DNA of 64,000 nt from contig NC_043014.1 of assembly GCF_006345805.1 (NCBI RefSeq), forward strand, positions 54,560,001 through 54,624,000, in the 5' to 3' direction. The stretch's first letter is position 1. Every line of letters begins with the position of its first letter. Shown piece by piece: positions 39,767 through 52,394 of this stretch. Source of the stretch: Octopus sinensis (Eukaryota). The notes beneath the pieces were generated by a model. That model searched no databases and was not told where the DNA came from. It saw nothing but the letters and a program-made list of their open reading frames with translations. Position numbers and translations under genes: made by a program.

Positions 39767-41139
39767 TAGACACACACATTTTATACTTTCTTTCTCCATC
39801 TCATTTCCTCTCCCCCCCCCATCACTTCTCCATCTATTTTCCAATGTTACTTCAGCTTCCGTGTGTCTTCACCTCTTTTCTTTTTTTCCCTTTTTTCCCT
39901 CCTTTAATTTTTTTCTCTCTCTCCTCCCCTTCCTCATTTTCTCTCACCTCCCCCTTTCAGTTGTTTTTTCTTAATTTTTTTTTCTGGATACGCATCTCCT
40001 CCTCCTCTTCCTCCTTTTGTTTTTAACCATTTACCTCCCACCACCACCACCACCTATTGTCTTCTCTGCTGCCCTTCCTCCCCCTTTCCCTCCTACATGA
40101 AAATAACTAATTTCATCTTTATTTATTTATTTATTGTCTCCCCCTCCCTCCCTCCCTCCATTTTCTTCTTCTGTTTATTGGGGGGAGGAGGGAGAGAGGA
40201 AGTGACGCCTTGATTACTTTCATTCTCTCTTTTCCCCCTCTTTTTCGCGCTTTCCCCTCTCTCTCTTCTTTTTATCTTTCTCGCTCTCTTCCTCTCTCTC
40301 CTTTTACCTTCCCTCTCCTTATTCCTCTTTCTCCCTCGTTCCCCTCCGCCAACCCTTCTTTCTCTTCTCTTTGTATATATTTTTCGGATCGATTTGTCTG
40401 TGTATTTTATGCATGGATTTGTGGATGCAATGTGTCAATATACATACATATACATATATGTGTGTGTGTGTATATATATGTGTGTGTGTGTGTGTTTATG
40501 TATAGGTTTGTCTGTGCTTATGTAAGGATTCATGTGTGTGTATGGCTTTATATACGGCATTCATGTCTCCATATATATATATACATACATGTATATATAT
40601 AGAGAGGGATTCGGATGTGAATGGTGATGTGTGGAATCGTTTGTCTGTTGTGTTGCATTATTTAAGTAAAAAAAAAATAAATGGCGGTGCCCCAGCATGG
40701 CCACAGCTTGTGAGCTGAAACTAGATAAAATAAAATTTAAAAAAGATATATATATATATATATATATGAAATCTAAGGCGGTGCTCCAGCCTGGCCGCAT
40801 TCAAATGACTTAAACAAGTAAAAAAAAACTAAAATATATATGAACTGGTGGTAAATTTAGCGGGTTCGTTTCTATAAATCGATCACACACGCATGTATGT
40901 ATAAATTGCAGAGTTTGCGTTTATACACGCTGCAAATTACTATTCACGTACGAGTATTAAAACACGTTTTCATTCTCTGGGTGTGTATAAATCGCGCCGG
41001 TAGACACGCACCTGGCTTTTAATTCAACACACAAAGCAAGAGGGAGAATTATAATTAATTAAAATAATTGAGTACGGGGGCTCCAGCATGGGCGCAGTCT
41101 AATCACTGAAACAAATAAAAGATAAATGATGTATTTACT

Positions 41140-41179
<40 letters not shown>

Positions 41180-41559
41180 TTTGGGCGCCCCACGAGGAGC
41201 ATTTTCGTGGCCGCATGCGAGAGAATTGTACGTTTTTCATTTAGATATAAGTAAATTATAATTGCTTAATTACACACACACACAGACACATATATCTACA
41301 TATCTACACATATGTATCTGGGTGCTTATTTCTCTGTATACATGTATGTATTCTGTGTGTTTTCGCTCTCATTATACATCCGCGCACCGCTCCATGCTCA
41401 GAGGCGAAAAATATTTCTAATTTGAGTTATGTCAGTCTGAGAGAGAGAGAGAGAAAGAGAGAAATGCTCTATTTTAGCAGAGTTCCTCCATCATGGCGAG
41501 AAGCACAATGGTTTCGTGTTCAGCAAAGAATTTGTGTCTACGCGTCTAAATATATATGT

Positions 41560-41945
41560 ATATATGTATATGTATGCATGTATATGCGTATATGTATGTA
41601 TGCATATAAATGTGTGTATACAAGTATAGGGATATGCGTATATTTGTGCGTATATGTATTGCTGTCTGAGCATATATATATGTGTGTGTGTGTGTGTATG
41701 TATGTATGTGTATATATATATGTGTGTGTATATATATATATGTGTGTGTGTATATGTATATATGTGTGTATGTATGTGTATATATATATGTGTGTGTATG
41801 TATGTGTATATATATATGTGTGTGTATGTATGTGTATATATATATGTGTGTATGTATATATGTATGTGTATATATATGTGTGTGTATGTATGTGTATATA
41901 TACGTGTGTGTGTATAAACAATCGCATATACACACATATATATAC
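41560..41945. repeat. Compound (TA)/(TG) microsatellite
   Basis: tatatatgtgtgtgtatgtatgtg units. Confidence 0.95.
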
Positions 41946-42345
41946 AAAACATGAGTTTTGTTAATTCATGCCAATCCATATCTGTGTGTGTGTGTGACAT
42001 GTATGTAGGAATAGAATTAGCGATGTCACGCCGCTGTTTACTGGGTCTTTGGGTTAATTTCTACCACATTCCCACCGCCAACATATGTAAATCCCTTTCA
42101 GACTTCCACTGGAACTGATTAAAATCCTCATCGGGGTTTTCCTTTCTTTCTTCTTTCTTTCTTTCTTTCTAAAATCTTCGCAAAACATTGCGAGTGAGAG
42201 GCGGCAATCAATTCCATCGGAGAGACTTAGTAATTTTAATATTTCTATTATTGTATATATATATATATAATTATCTCCAGCTTCTCTTTCTCTTTCTTTC
42301 TATATATATATATATATGTGTGTGTGTACGTTTATTTGTCATGTC

Positions 42346-42425
<80 letters not shown>

Positions 42426-42434
<9 letters not shown>

Positions 42435-42532
42435 GTATATATGTATGTATCTGTGTGTATAAATGTATATATGTAGGTCTGTATTTATCAGAATTTGTAT
42501 AATGAGCCTGTATAAATGTGTATATATATATA

Positions 42533-42568
<36 letters not shown>

Positions 42569-42735
42569 ATGTGTGTGTGTGTATAAATGTATATATGAAG
42601 GTCCGTATTTATCAGAATGTTGTATGATCGGTATGTGTATATGCATATATATATATATAATATACATATATATATATATATACATATATATATAAACACA
42701 CTTGTGTTGGGTATATATATATCTGTATGCAGTCT

Positions 42736-42768
<33 letters not shown>

Positions 42769-42913
42769 GTATATATATTATATATATATATTATATATAT
42801 ATTATATATTTATATGTATATATGTATGTATCTGTGTGTATAAATGTATATATGTAGGTCTGTATTTATCAGAATTTGTATAATGAGCCTGTATAAATGT
42901 GTATATATATATA

Positions 42914-42956
<43 letters not shown>

Positions 42957-43112
42957 ATAAATGTATATATGAAGGTCCGTATTTATCAGAATGTTGTATG
43001 ATCGGTATGTGTATATGCATATATATATATATAATATACATATATATATATATATACATATATATATAAACACACTTGTGTTGGGTATATATATATCTGT
43101 ATGCAGTCTCTC

Positions 43113-43140
<28 letters not shown>
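42426..43140. repeat. Tandem duplication, period ~375-381 bp, with an internal ~125 bp sub-repeat
   Basis: gtaggtctgtatttatcagaat at 42473 and 42854; gaaggtccgtatttatcagaat at 42597 and 42971. Confidence 0.92.
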
Positions 43141-43143
<3 letters not shown>

Positions 43144-43167
43144 GTGCGCGCGCACACAAATAATACG

Positions 43168-43199
<32 letters not shown>

Positions 43200-43553
43200 T
43201 ATAATATGGTTGGTGGTACACGTTGGTGTCTCTGTTGCCGCCGCCGACTCTGTAAGTAATATAAAATGCGGTGTGCGTTGTGGCCAAGTAGACGACTGTA
43301 AAACATCGATCTGCTCTCTCTGTTCCTCCTTGATCTGTGATCGGGTCAAATAAATAGCTTTTTTGTCTGAACGCTTTACAAATTAATTCTACATTCCGTT
43401 TCCATGGCATCTTATCATTCTCCCCCTCTCCCCCCTCACTCTCTCTCACTCCTTTCTGTTTCACTTCTGTATTCAAAACACATACAGACTCACACACACA
43501 CGTTTTGTCTTACTAGTTCTCATATATCTGTGCAATACAAATGTTGCGTATGT

Positions 43554-43600
<47 letters not shown>

Positions 43601-43601
<1 letters not shown>

Positions 43602-44003
43602 TCTTTTACTTGTTTCAGTCATTTGACTACGGCCATGCTGGAGCACCGCCTTTAGTCGAGCAAATCGACCCCGGGACTTATTCTTTTGTAAGCCCAGTAC
43701 TTATTCTATCGGTCTCTTTTGCCGAACTGCTAAGTGACGGGGACGTAAACACACCAGCATCGGTTGTCAAGCAATGCTAGGGAGACAAACACAGACACGT
43801 ACATATATATATATATAATATATATATATATTATATATATACATATATACGACAGGCTTCTTTCAGTTTCCGTCTACCAAATCCACTCACAAGGCATTGG
43901 TCGGCCCGGGGCTATAGCAGAAGACACTTGCCCAAGATGCCACGCAGTGGAACTGAACCCAGAACCATATGGTTGGTTAGCAAGCTACTTACCATACAGC
44001 CAC
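43601..44003 (-). mobile_element. SINE family A, near full length
   Basis: Reverse complement of the 62183 copy. Confidence 0.92.
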
Positions 44004-44043
<40 letters not shown>

Positions 44044-45499
44044 AGACGTACGCTCACACCGACACACACATAAATATAAACTTTGTAAATACATTGCTTA
44101 CACTTGCGTTCTGTGTACATAGAAATAATACAGATTTGCTTACTGTATGGGAATGTGTGTGTGTGTGTGTGTGTGTTGTATTTTAGGAGAGCATTTTATC
44201 AATAACGATAATGAAAAAAGAAGTGAATTATAACCAGTGTGTGTGTGCTCTTTTGTCTTTAGTAAAATGCCCCACCCAAAATACATGTTCAACGCGAGTT
44301 CGCATGCAAAAGTAAATGCCGTGTGTGTGTGATGTTGCCTTGTGTTAGATGATGGCCATCCTCATTAAATGAAGAGTGAGACATTTGTATGTCGTTAGAT
44401 TTAAGTGACAAAAGTTTGCACAATACTTGTTGCCAGTCTCTTGGTCGCCATTGTAGGAGGTTCCAGTGGCAATTCCTGCAAGATTTCTGAGACTCTTTTA
44501 AGATCTTGAATGCAAGTTTTATGCCAATTAGTCTTGTCTTCTAGAAGAGCTGCCTTCCCAAAGGCTTTGTCAAAAATTATGGGAGTCTTCTCTACCCCTG
44601 GGAAATCTATTTAACCCCAAAACGGGTCCCTGTCAGGCACTACCATTGTTCAAAACGGACCTGGGAGTTATGGTAATTAAGGGTTGACTCCACCCTCCCC
44701 ACAATTCCCAAACCCTTAAACTGGAGCCTTACTACTGGGTGCAGTTAAATACATTTTAGCTTCTTTACCTGTAACTCAAGGATCTCAGCCTTATCACACA
44801 CACTGTTACTTTGATCCTACCTGAGAATTACAAAGGGTACACATCTGTGGAGTACTCAGCCAATTTGCTCGGTGATTCAGGGAACCTGTGACCTTCTTCT
44901 GTCAGTTGTCCCAGCTTGCAACAGTCAGCCACTGCTTTCTTATATATACTGTTGGCCCTGTTTGTTCCCTCTATGTTTAGCCCCTTGTGGGTAGTAAAGA
45001 AATATATACTATTGGCCCTTCCTTGTCAAATTGCAACAATGTGACAGACCACCTCAGACTTTGTATGAATGAAGGGCATACGAGGTATGACCAATACTCC
45101 TTCCTTGGTTTAGGCTGCAGGGTAAGGCTCTTACCAGAGAGTGGCTGGGGGTAGTTTCTAGGAGCTGCAGGTGGGAGTTGAGAACAAGTGTCTTAGTCAC
45201 ATCTTATAAGGGTCTTGGTGTGTGACCATTAAACTTTAAAAAAAAAATGATGTCCTGATGTCTACAGGGTATCCATAAATTCCTTTACAATTTGAAAACT
45301 TCAGAAAATAAAAAAAAATTAAATAAGGGCAACTCAGCAGGTTGCATGCAACCATTGGAACCCATGTGAAAGTGTTCTGATGTTTCTAATTAAACTTTAT
45401 TCGTTTGCCTAGGTTTTCCAATAAATTACTCTGCTGATTTTTTTCAAGTTGTAAAGATAATTTATGTTCACACACACACACATATTGTATTTATATACA

Positions 45500-45795
45500 A
45501 TCCGAGCGTGGCCTTTCGCCAGCCTCATCTGGCACCTGTGTCGGTGGCACATAAAAAACCCCATCCGAGCGTGGCCGTTCACCAGCCATGTCTGGCACTT
45601 GTGTCGGTGGCACATAAAAAGCACCCACTACACTCACGGAGTGGTTGGCGTTAGGAAGGGCATCCAGCAGTAGAAACACTGCCAGATCAGACTGGCCTGG
45701 TGCAGCCTTCCGGCTTCCCAGACCCCAGCTGAACCGTCCAACCCATGCTAGCATGGAGAACGGACGCTAAATGATGATGATGATGATGATGATAA
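45500..45795 (+). mobile_element. SINE family C with a tandem 63 bp head module
   Basis: atccgagcgtggcc...tgtgtcggtggcacataaaaa twice (45500, 45563), then the family body and (gat)n. Confidence 0.92.
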
Positions 45796-45989
45796 TTACT
45801 GATGGTTTCTCTTCTTTCTAAATTGGAAAACTCGGAAAAGTGAAGTCACATCAATGCTTTTGTATGATTTCTTATCTAAGCTAATTCCTTTCTTAATCTG
45901 TTGTGCCATAACTCACTCTGTTACTCTCATAACTTGGTCCATCATTTTGGTGCTGCCACACTGGTCTCTTTGTAGAGCATCTCCTTTAC

Positions 45990-46600
45990 CTTTGAAGCAG
46001 TTGACAATGCTATGCCTTTGCCAGACTTTGAGTGAGGTACCCCCCCCCCGGTGCTACCAACTTCATTATGCAAATGACTACCATGTGTCTTACTCCAGCA
46101 TCTCAGCAACTATCCTTGATGGTTTGGCTGCTTTCATTGCCTTCATATTTCTAATCGTGCTTTTGACCATTGTATCTTTCAACTCAAATAGCTGGCCCTC
46201 TGTTGAGGTTGCCCCTCTTTCTCCACATTCAAGAAACTCTTCTGGCTCACATTTCGAAGCCTCTTTCTCTTCTCAACATTCCTGACGCTAAGCGTGTCAG
46301 AGCCATTCTCTTTCCACTTCTCTCTCTCTTCATCTGGATTAGCTCTGAGGCCGTCTTGCAATCGGCAGCAGCTGATCTCTCTGAACCCCTTACTAAAGAA
46401 CCTTGATTACCTTTAGCTTCTCTCCAACTGTGGGACTTGTACCTGACATCTACCTCCTCTTCTAACAACTTAGTATTGTTCCCTGCTCCCCACATTCTTC
46501 CAGTTTTTCCAGGCCTCCTTCTTAGCATTTGTAGTTCTTTATCACGTATCTCTGGATTATCCTGGCTCCTGCCCTCGTCTCACTCAGCACTGTTCTATGT
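45990..46600 (-). mobile_element. Probable L1/Tx1-type LINE relic (endonuclease-RT linker)
   Basis: LEEEVDVRYKSHSWREAKGNQGSLVRGSERSAAADCKTASELIQMKRE resembles Tx1 linker regions; recalled similarity only. Confidence 0.35.
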
Positions 46601-47377
46601 TTAGTGGCACATTCTTCACCATGGAACCACTTAAAATTCAGCCATCATCTCTCTTTCCTGTTTCTTGTTCAGATAGAAAAAATCTACCTGACATTTATTC
46701 TAGATCTGTAATCCAGTCCATTCGGTTGGTAAATGATGAGATTGCTGGCTTGTTTTGGAAATTTAGTGTTTTAAATAGTTATGTCATTTGCATCACAGAG
46801 CTTCAAGCCTCTTAATCTGCCTTCATCCCTTGGATCATCCATTAGCTCCATAAATATACTGAAGCAAGCGTAATGGTGTGGCTCAACATGACTATTAAAG
46901 TTACGAGCCATAATAACGAGATCATTGACATTGATTATCAAGTTACTCGGCGGAAGGACCTCATCAGAACAGTTCTTTTGCTTGTCTGTCTATGTGTCCT
47001 GATTGGATGACATCATCATCATCGTCATAACATCTACTTTTCCATGTTTGCATGGGTCCGACAGAATGCACTAAAGTGAAATCCTTACAGCCTGATGCCC
47101 CTACTAGTCATCAGTTCTCATCCATTTCCAAGCAAAGGCAATATTTTGCCATGGCTGCTGGTTGTGTTTTTCGTGGGAGACGGGAAATGAAGAGCATTGT
47201 TTGTATGACTGCAATGGCTGTTAAAACTATCATATGATATCAGGACAAGGAGAGAGACACACACACACACACACTCTCTCTCTCTCTCTACAAAAGACTT
47301 CTTTCAGTCTTCATCCACCAGATCCAGTGTTGTCATTAGACCCAGAAGGATTTGTACCTCTGTTCCTTTTTTGTGAG

Positions 47378-47880
47378 GTTAGTTAGTTAGTTAAATTTTT
47401 GGCTCAAAAAGCAAAAAGCAAGGCCATGTAGGGGGACATGGAGTTATGTACAGGGTGGTGTTCATGTAAAGAGTTCAGGCCACTTGAGGTCAAGGGAGAC
47501 TTTGAACAAAGTGGCCGTTGGCATCTTCACCATCTCGTCCGGCAGCTTGTTCCACGGATCCGCAACCCGGACGGAGAAAGTCCCTCTCCTTCGATTGAGA
47601 TAAAATCGTCGCAGATAGAGCTTTTTGGAATGACCCCGCAGCCGACGCTCTGGAGCAGGAGTGAAGAACAGCTCTTTCGAGAGGTTACACTTTCCGCTTA
47701 TGATGTTGTGAGCGAGAATGAGATCACCACGGCGGCGGCGTTTTTCTAGAGAATAAAGGTCGAGCGTCTTCAGCCTTTCTTCATAAGACAAATTCTTGAG
47801 ACCATGAACCATGCGGGTAGCCAGCTTCTGGACTCTTTGGAGATGCTGTATGTCTTTGATGTGTCTGCCTGATGTTTGCT
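47378..47880 (-). mobile_element. CR1-clade LINE, 5'-truncated young 3' end
   Basis: Uninterrupted KDIQHLQRVQKLATRM..LSYEERLKTLDLYSLEKRRRRGDLI..LRGHSKKL..FSVRVADPWNKLP; (taac)n tail at ~47378-47393. Confidence 0.93.
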
Positions 47881-47949
47881 TCCATCTTCTTGAACATGGC
47901 ACTCATCTATTCACCCCTATATAGCTACAATCTCTTCCATCCCTATTTC

Positions 47950-48410
47950 CTATGTTAATGGTTGTAATCCTGAAATCGGGTACCTGACATGGTGAGACAC
48001 CTTCTCTGGTTTGTGGCTGAGATGTTTGATGTTTGTTTTCTCTCTCTGAATGGAAGAGAATTTGTGCAATAATTTCATGACCCAAATATTTGTTTGTTCT
48101 CAATACATCCAGGTGGGTTGAGCTGCAAAATATGCCAAAGAAGTAAACTTCCATCCCTTGTGACGACGGCACATTCAACACACTCAACTTATTGGCACAA
48201 AAGGATTCTGCGACTCCAGTGTTTCAATGTGTTGTGTCTCATCAGCCAGAAGTACCCCTGACCTTTGAGTCTGGCCAAAGCAGTTGGCCTTTGTTTATAG
48301 TTTCAGTGAACAAATCTTTGCTGATTGGTGCTTATATGAAATCGATATTTGCACCATGTACAGCAGGATCTGCAATGAATATCTGCATATTTATTATGCA
48401 TCCATCTAGG
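47950..48410 (-). pseudogene. piggyBac-like transposase relic
   Basis: One frame with stops: VHGANIDFI*API...LLWPDS...NTGVAESFCANKLSVL..GMEVYFFGIFCSSTHLDVLRTNKYLG, resembling PGBD GRHGAKQFIRGKPI and VYFDNFF segments. Confidence 0.45.
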
Positions 48411-48703
48411 CTAGTTCACACACACACGCACGCATGCACGTGTGTTTGTATGTAAATTAAATAGGATTGCATAAATATCCAAACCTCATTTCTTTGAATG
48501 ATCTCGACTGACTTGGCACATTTGCATGGCTGAATTATGTAACCTAGTTTAGTTCTGTAACTGGTTCCTCCTTCATTACTTTTTCCTCTATTATCTATTT
48601 CCAACAGCCCAACCAACTGAGAACTCGGTTCTTCCTCTTCTGTTATTCTCAATACACTAATCATAGCAATCGTTGTTTGATATACGAGAAAGAATTAGAT
48701 ACC

Positions 48704-48936
48704 TATTTCTTTACTACCCACAAGGGGCTAAAGACAGAGGGGACGAACAAGGACAGACAAACGGATTAAGTCGATTACATCGACCCCAGTGCGTAACTGG
48801 TACTTATTTAATCGACCCTGAAAAGATGAAAGGCAATGTTGACCTCGGCGGAATTTGAACTCAGAATGAAGCGGCAGATGAAATACCGCTAAGCATTTCG
48901 CCCGGTGTGCTAACGTTTCTGCCAGCTCGCCGCCTT
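48704..48936 (-). mobile_element. SINE family B, full length
   Basis: Reverse complement of the 33864 copy. Confidence 0.92.
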
Positions 48937-49179
48937 TTTCTCTTCTCTCACTTGGAGATGTGACAACCCTTTGGTGCTGGTAACTGAATGACAGGAAACA
49001 ACATAGTATGGAGGGGGCTGTTTGGTTTTGCCAGGGACAAGGGATTAGTTAATGAACAGAGAGAGAGTCAGTGTAAGGTAGAGAGGACTCTAAGTGTTGC
49101 TGCAGTTGGGGCAGCCTCTGTAGTGCTGCTGGCCATGATAGAATGTGCCCAGTGCTCTTGTTGATGTAGTTGGCATTGA

Positions 49180-49460
49180 CTGATGCCAGTGCTGCCTGGC
49201 TGGCACCCATGCCAGTGGCACATAAAAAGCACCATTTGGGTGTCATCAATACCAGTGCCATCTGATTGGTTCCCATGCCGGTGGCACGTAAAAAGCACCT
49301 ACTACACTCTTGAAGTAGTTGGTGTTAGGAAGGGCATCCAGCTGCAGAAACCTTGCCAGGTCAGATTGGAGCCTGGTGCAGCCTCCTGGCTTGCCAGACC
49401 CCAGTCAAATCATCCAACCCATGCCAACATGGAAAGCAGACGTTAAACGATGGTGATGAT
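49180..49460 (+). mobile_element. SINE family C with two head modules and a different spacer
   Basis: atgccagtggcacataaaaagcacc (49209) and atgccggtggcacgtaaaaagcacc (49275). Confidence 0.88.
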
Positions 49461-49614
49461 CTAGTCATAGAAAACATACCAAAAATGGAATGTGTGTGCA
49501 AAATATCTTAGCTCCATGTATGAGGATGGAAACTGTGGACAAAAACTGACCTGGTCTCTGATGGCCTTTACTCTGCTGCTTCATTTATGTGTGTGTGTGT
49601 GTGTATATATATAT

Positions 49615-49947
49615 ATCAAAATAAGCAACAAGAATGACTCCGGTAATTTGGTACGATCGTTTTGCACTACATCATATTATTAAATGTTGTAAGTATTACA
49701 GCAGATTTAAGATGCTGAGTACTCATCAGCCAATTATAGAGGTTTTCCATTAATACAAAAGCTTTCAAATCAAGTAGTAACATTATTATTGATATGAAAA
49801 TTTTTGTATTAATGGAAAACCTCTATAATTGGCTGATGAGCACTCAGCATCTTAAATCTGCTGTAATACTTACAACTTTTGATAAAATGATGTAGTGCGT
49901 AACGATCGTACCAAATTACCAGAGTCATTCTTGTTGCTTATTTTGAT
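49615..49947. mobile_element. Fold-back/MITE-like element, 146 bp arms, 41 bp spacer
   Basis: atcaaaataagcaacaagaatgactc...taatacaaaa versus ttttgtatta...gagtcattcttgttgcttattttgat. Confidence 0.88.
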
Positions 49948-50044
49948 TATAATCACCCCGCAAATTTTTATGGATAACACCATACAGAATTCTGGTGCAT
50001 CTAAATTAAGTACCATATTCATTCGAATCTAAATTGTTGCTGAA

Positions 50045-50079
<35 letters not shown>

Positions 50080-51059
50080 TTGTATAAATCTGTACATATA
50101 TGTATATAAGTGTGTAATACACACACACACACACCACTCTTGACCCTAGTATCAAATGTTATACATTGCTGGCCACAATGCACTTCCTTGCATTATTTTC
50201 AGATGATGCCACCCACTGACTTGGTGGGGTGTCACACTTTATGTATGCGTGTGTGTGTGTGTGTATGGGGGATCTGTATACTTACACAGGTGTGTATGTG
50301 ATTGTGCACATTTATGAAGGCATTTTGGAATTACAGGTGTAACAGAAATAGATGACTTCACAAGAGAGGCAGTTATGAGTATGAATAATTTATACACGAA
50401 GCAGATAGAGGTGGATTGTGTATGTGATATACAACAAGCACGTGTGTGTACATAGATTCATATGTGGAGGCAGGCCTAAATAGATTTTATGAACAAGTGC
50501 TTGGATCTCATCTGTGGATTTGTAACTAATTTTGTTTTGTGTTTGGTTTTTGTCTGATTATGTTTTCCTTCAAAATGTAACGTGATATCCTACTGTGTAA
50601 TATTAATATTCATATTTATGGAGCTTTAATCTATGAAAGAATTTATTCATTTTTTTTTGTGTTTATTTTGTTATTTTTGAGAGCCTGTTTTTGTGTTCAC
50701 ACACACACACACATTATATATTTGTGGTGATTGTGTCGGTTCGCACATCCTGTATTTGTTGTGTTTATCTTAGTTTGTCAAATAATATCATCTTTACCTT
50801 TTTTTCATTTTTAAAGACATTTTCTTTGATAGCAGTTTTTTTTTTTTTCTTTCTAAATATTAACCATATTTGGCTGTCTGTCATATCACTCTATCACATG
50901 GTTCATGTTTTTGGGATTGTCTGAAACATTTTTAAAAGAACCATGATGTGTCTTTAAGGTTTAAAATTGTATTAGTTTCTGAAGATCATACTCAGGGAGA
51001 AAGCATGGGTACTTTGCTAAAATATCATGAATCTGTTTGAAATATTAGCTCTACGGTTA

Positions 51060-51850
51060 TTTGTATAACTTATATTGTACAATCTTTGGATTCTGGTCTC
51101 CATAGACATCAACTCAAGTATGTGTGTGCGTATCAGTGCTGTGGAGTCAATTGTTCAGGTGACATGTCAAAGCTATTTGACTTCAACAAGAATCTCCCAG
51201 GTGTTAACTCCTCAGATTCCAGCATGTTGGTGCCAGTTAAAAATGTCCCCAAATGGTGCCACTTGTGTCCACTGAATTGGTCAACCATTTTCCTTGATCC
51301 AAATTTTCAAGAAAGATTTTTAGTTCAAAGAAATGCTTCATCATGGAATAAGTCCTTCCGTGAGGTATCACCTGACTCCTTTTCTAGTGCGTCTCTGGAG
51401 AGTAGCATCTATTTTAAGGGTTCACACAATAAAGGTTTCTTGCCTCATCTTGGCCAATCTCTGTAGCTGCATCATAATCTCTTTAATCCATCTCTTGTTG
51501 CACAACCCATAATCATCTCAAAACTTCTTCCACTAACTTCTGGAGATATTTACTGGTGTGATGTGCATGAATGCCTTCTAATCTCTGTCCTAAGTTTTTC
51601 TTTTTTTCCCATCACCAAATCCAACATTAAAGGCTAAAATAGTTGACTCTGTGGCATGCATCCATTCTTATTAAGTCAGAATGTCTCTTTAGACTTTTTA
51701 TTGAAGTTCTTCCTTATACTTGGCCTCTTCAATTACCATTTTTCTTATAATTCCTCTTTTTACAGAAACTTGATGTTTTCTAACCATTTCTCCATTAAAG
51801 CCTAAAAAAAATTACTGGTGATGAAAAAAATAGAAAAACCGATAAAAGTA
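51060..51850 (-). pseudogene. hAT (Charlie/Buster-like) transposase relic
   Basis: Fragments GVR*YL, KHFFELKIFLEN and LTCHLNN resemble EVRWLS / RFFELREEIKIFLE / DITSHLN; multiple frameshifts. Confidence 0.4.
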
Positions 51851-51983
51851 CTTTGGTTTTCACAACTGTAGTTGATGATGTAATTTTAAAACTTCACTCG
51901 ATGTCATTGCTGTGGTAATTTTGTCGAAAGCAAAAAATCTGATGGTTGTGTTTGTCTTCCAATAGATTTTAGTTTTGAAGTAG

Positions 51984-52074
<91 letters not shown>

Positions 52075-52324
52075 GTATCTATCTATCTCTCTCCACTTCA
52101 AACACTTTAGGATGAAAACACTGCAAGTGTCTTTATAAATTTGCTCTTATAGATAGGTTTTTTTTTGTTGTTGTCTTAGTAATACTACTGATATTTACAA
52201 TTACATATTTTTTGCCCATCATCACCACCATCACCATCATCATCACCATCATCTACAATACACTGACACAGATACATATGTTGTGTTTCTTGTCTGCTTT
52301 GATTGTAAACTATTCCAAACTCAC

Positions 52325-52394
52325 CCATGTTGTTATCACCGTTCTTCCCAATGTGAAATTATGCCGAACGGTTTCAGCCAACGTAAATTATCTT
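52325..52394 (-). other. Candidate 70-nt exon ending in AACAACATGG (possible start codon) or a stop-containing exon
   Basis: Minus strand ctgattaacttacaattatttcttctcag| ... |gtgagt; strong splice signals; locally CpG-retaining. Confidence 0.35.

Noticed and set aside
45500-45627. CRISPR-like repeat-spacer appearance of family C head modules
   Set aside because: Eukaryotic SINE context, at most two units per copy, spacers are related hairpins and there are no cas genes.
46940-46975. Minus-strand CTGATGA-GG..CC motif
   Set aside because: Followed by GAGT rather than GAAA; no stem III.
48195-48250. Minus-strand CTGATGA..GAAAC..GTC with TTCTG/CAGAA stem I
   Set aside because: Stem II is barely paired, stems I and III have mismatches, and it lies within the putative piggyBac coding relic; probably chance, though cheap to test.
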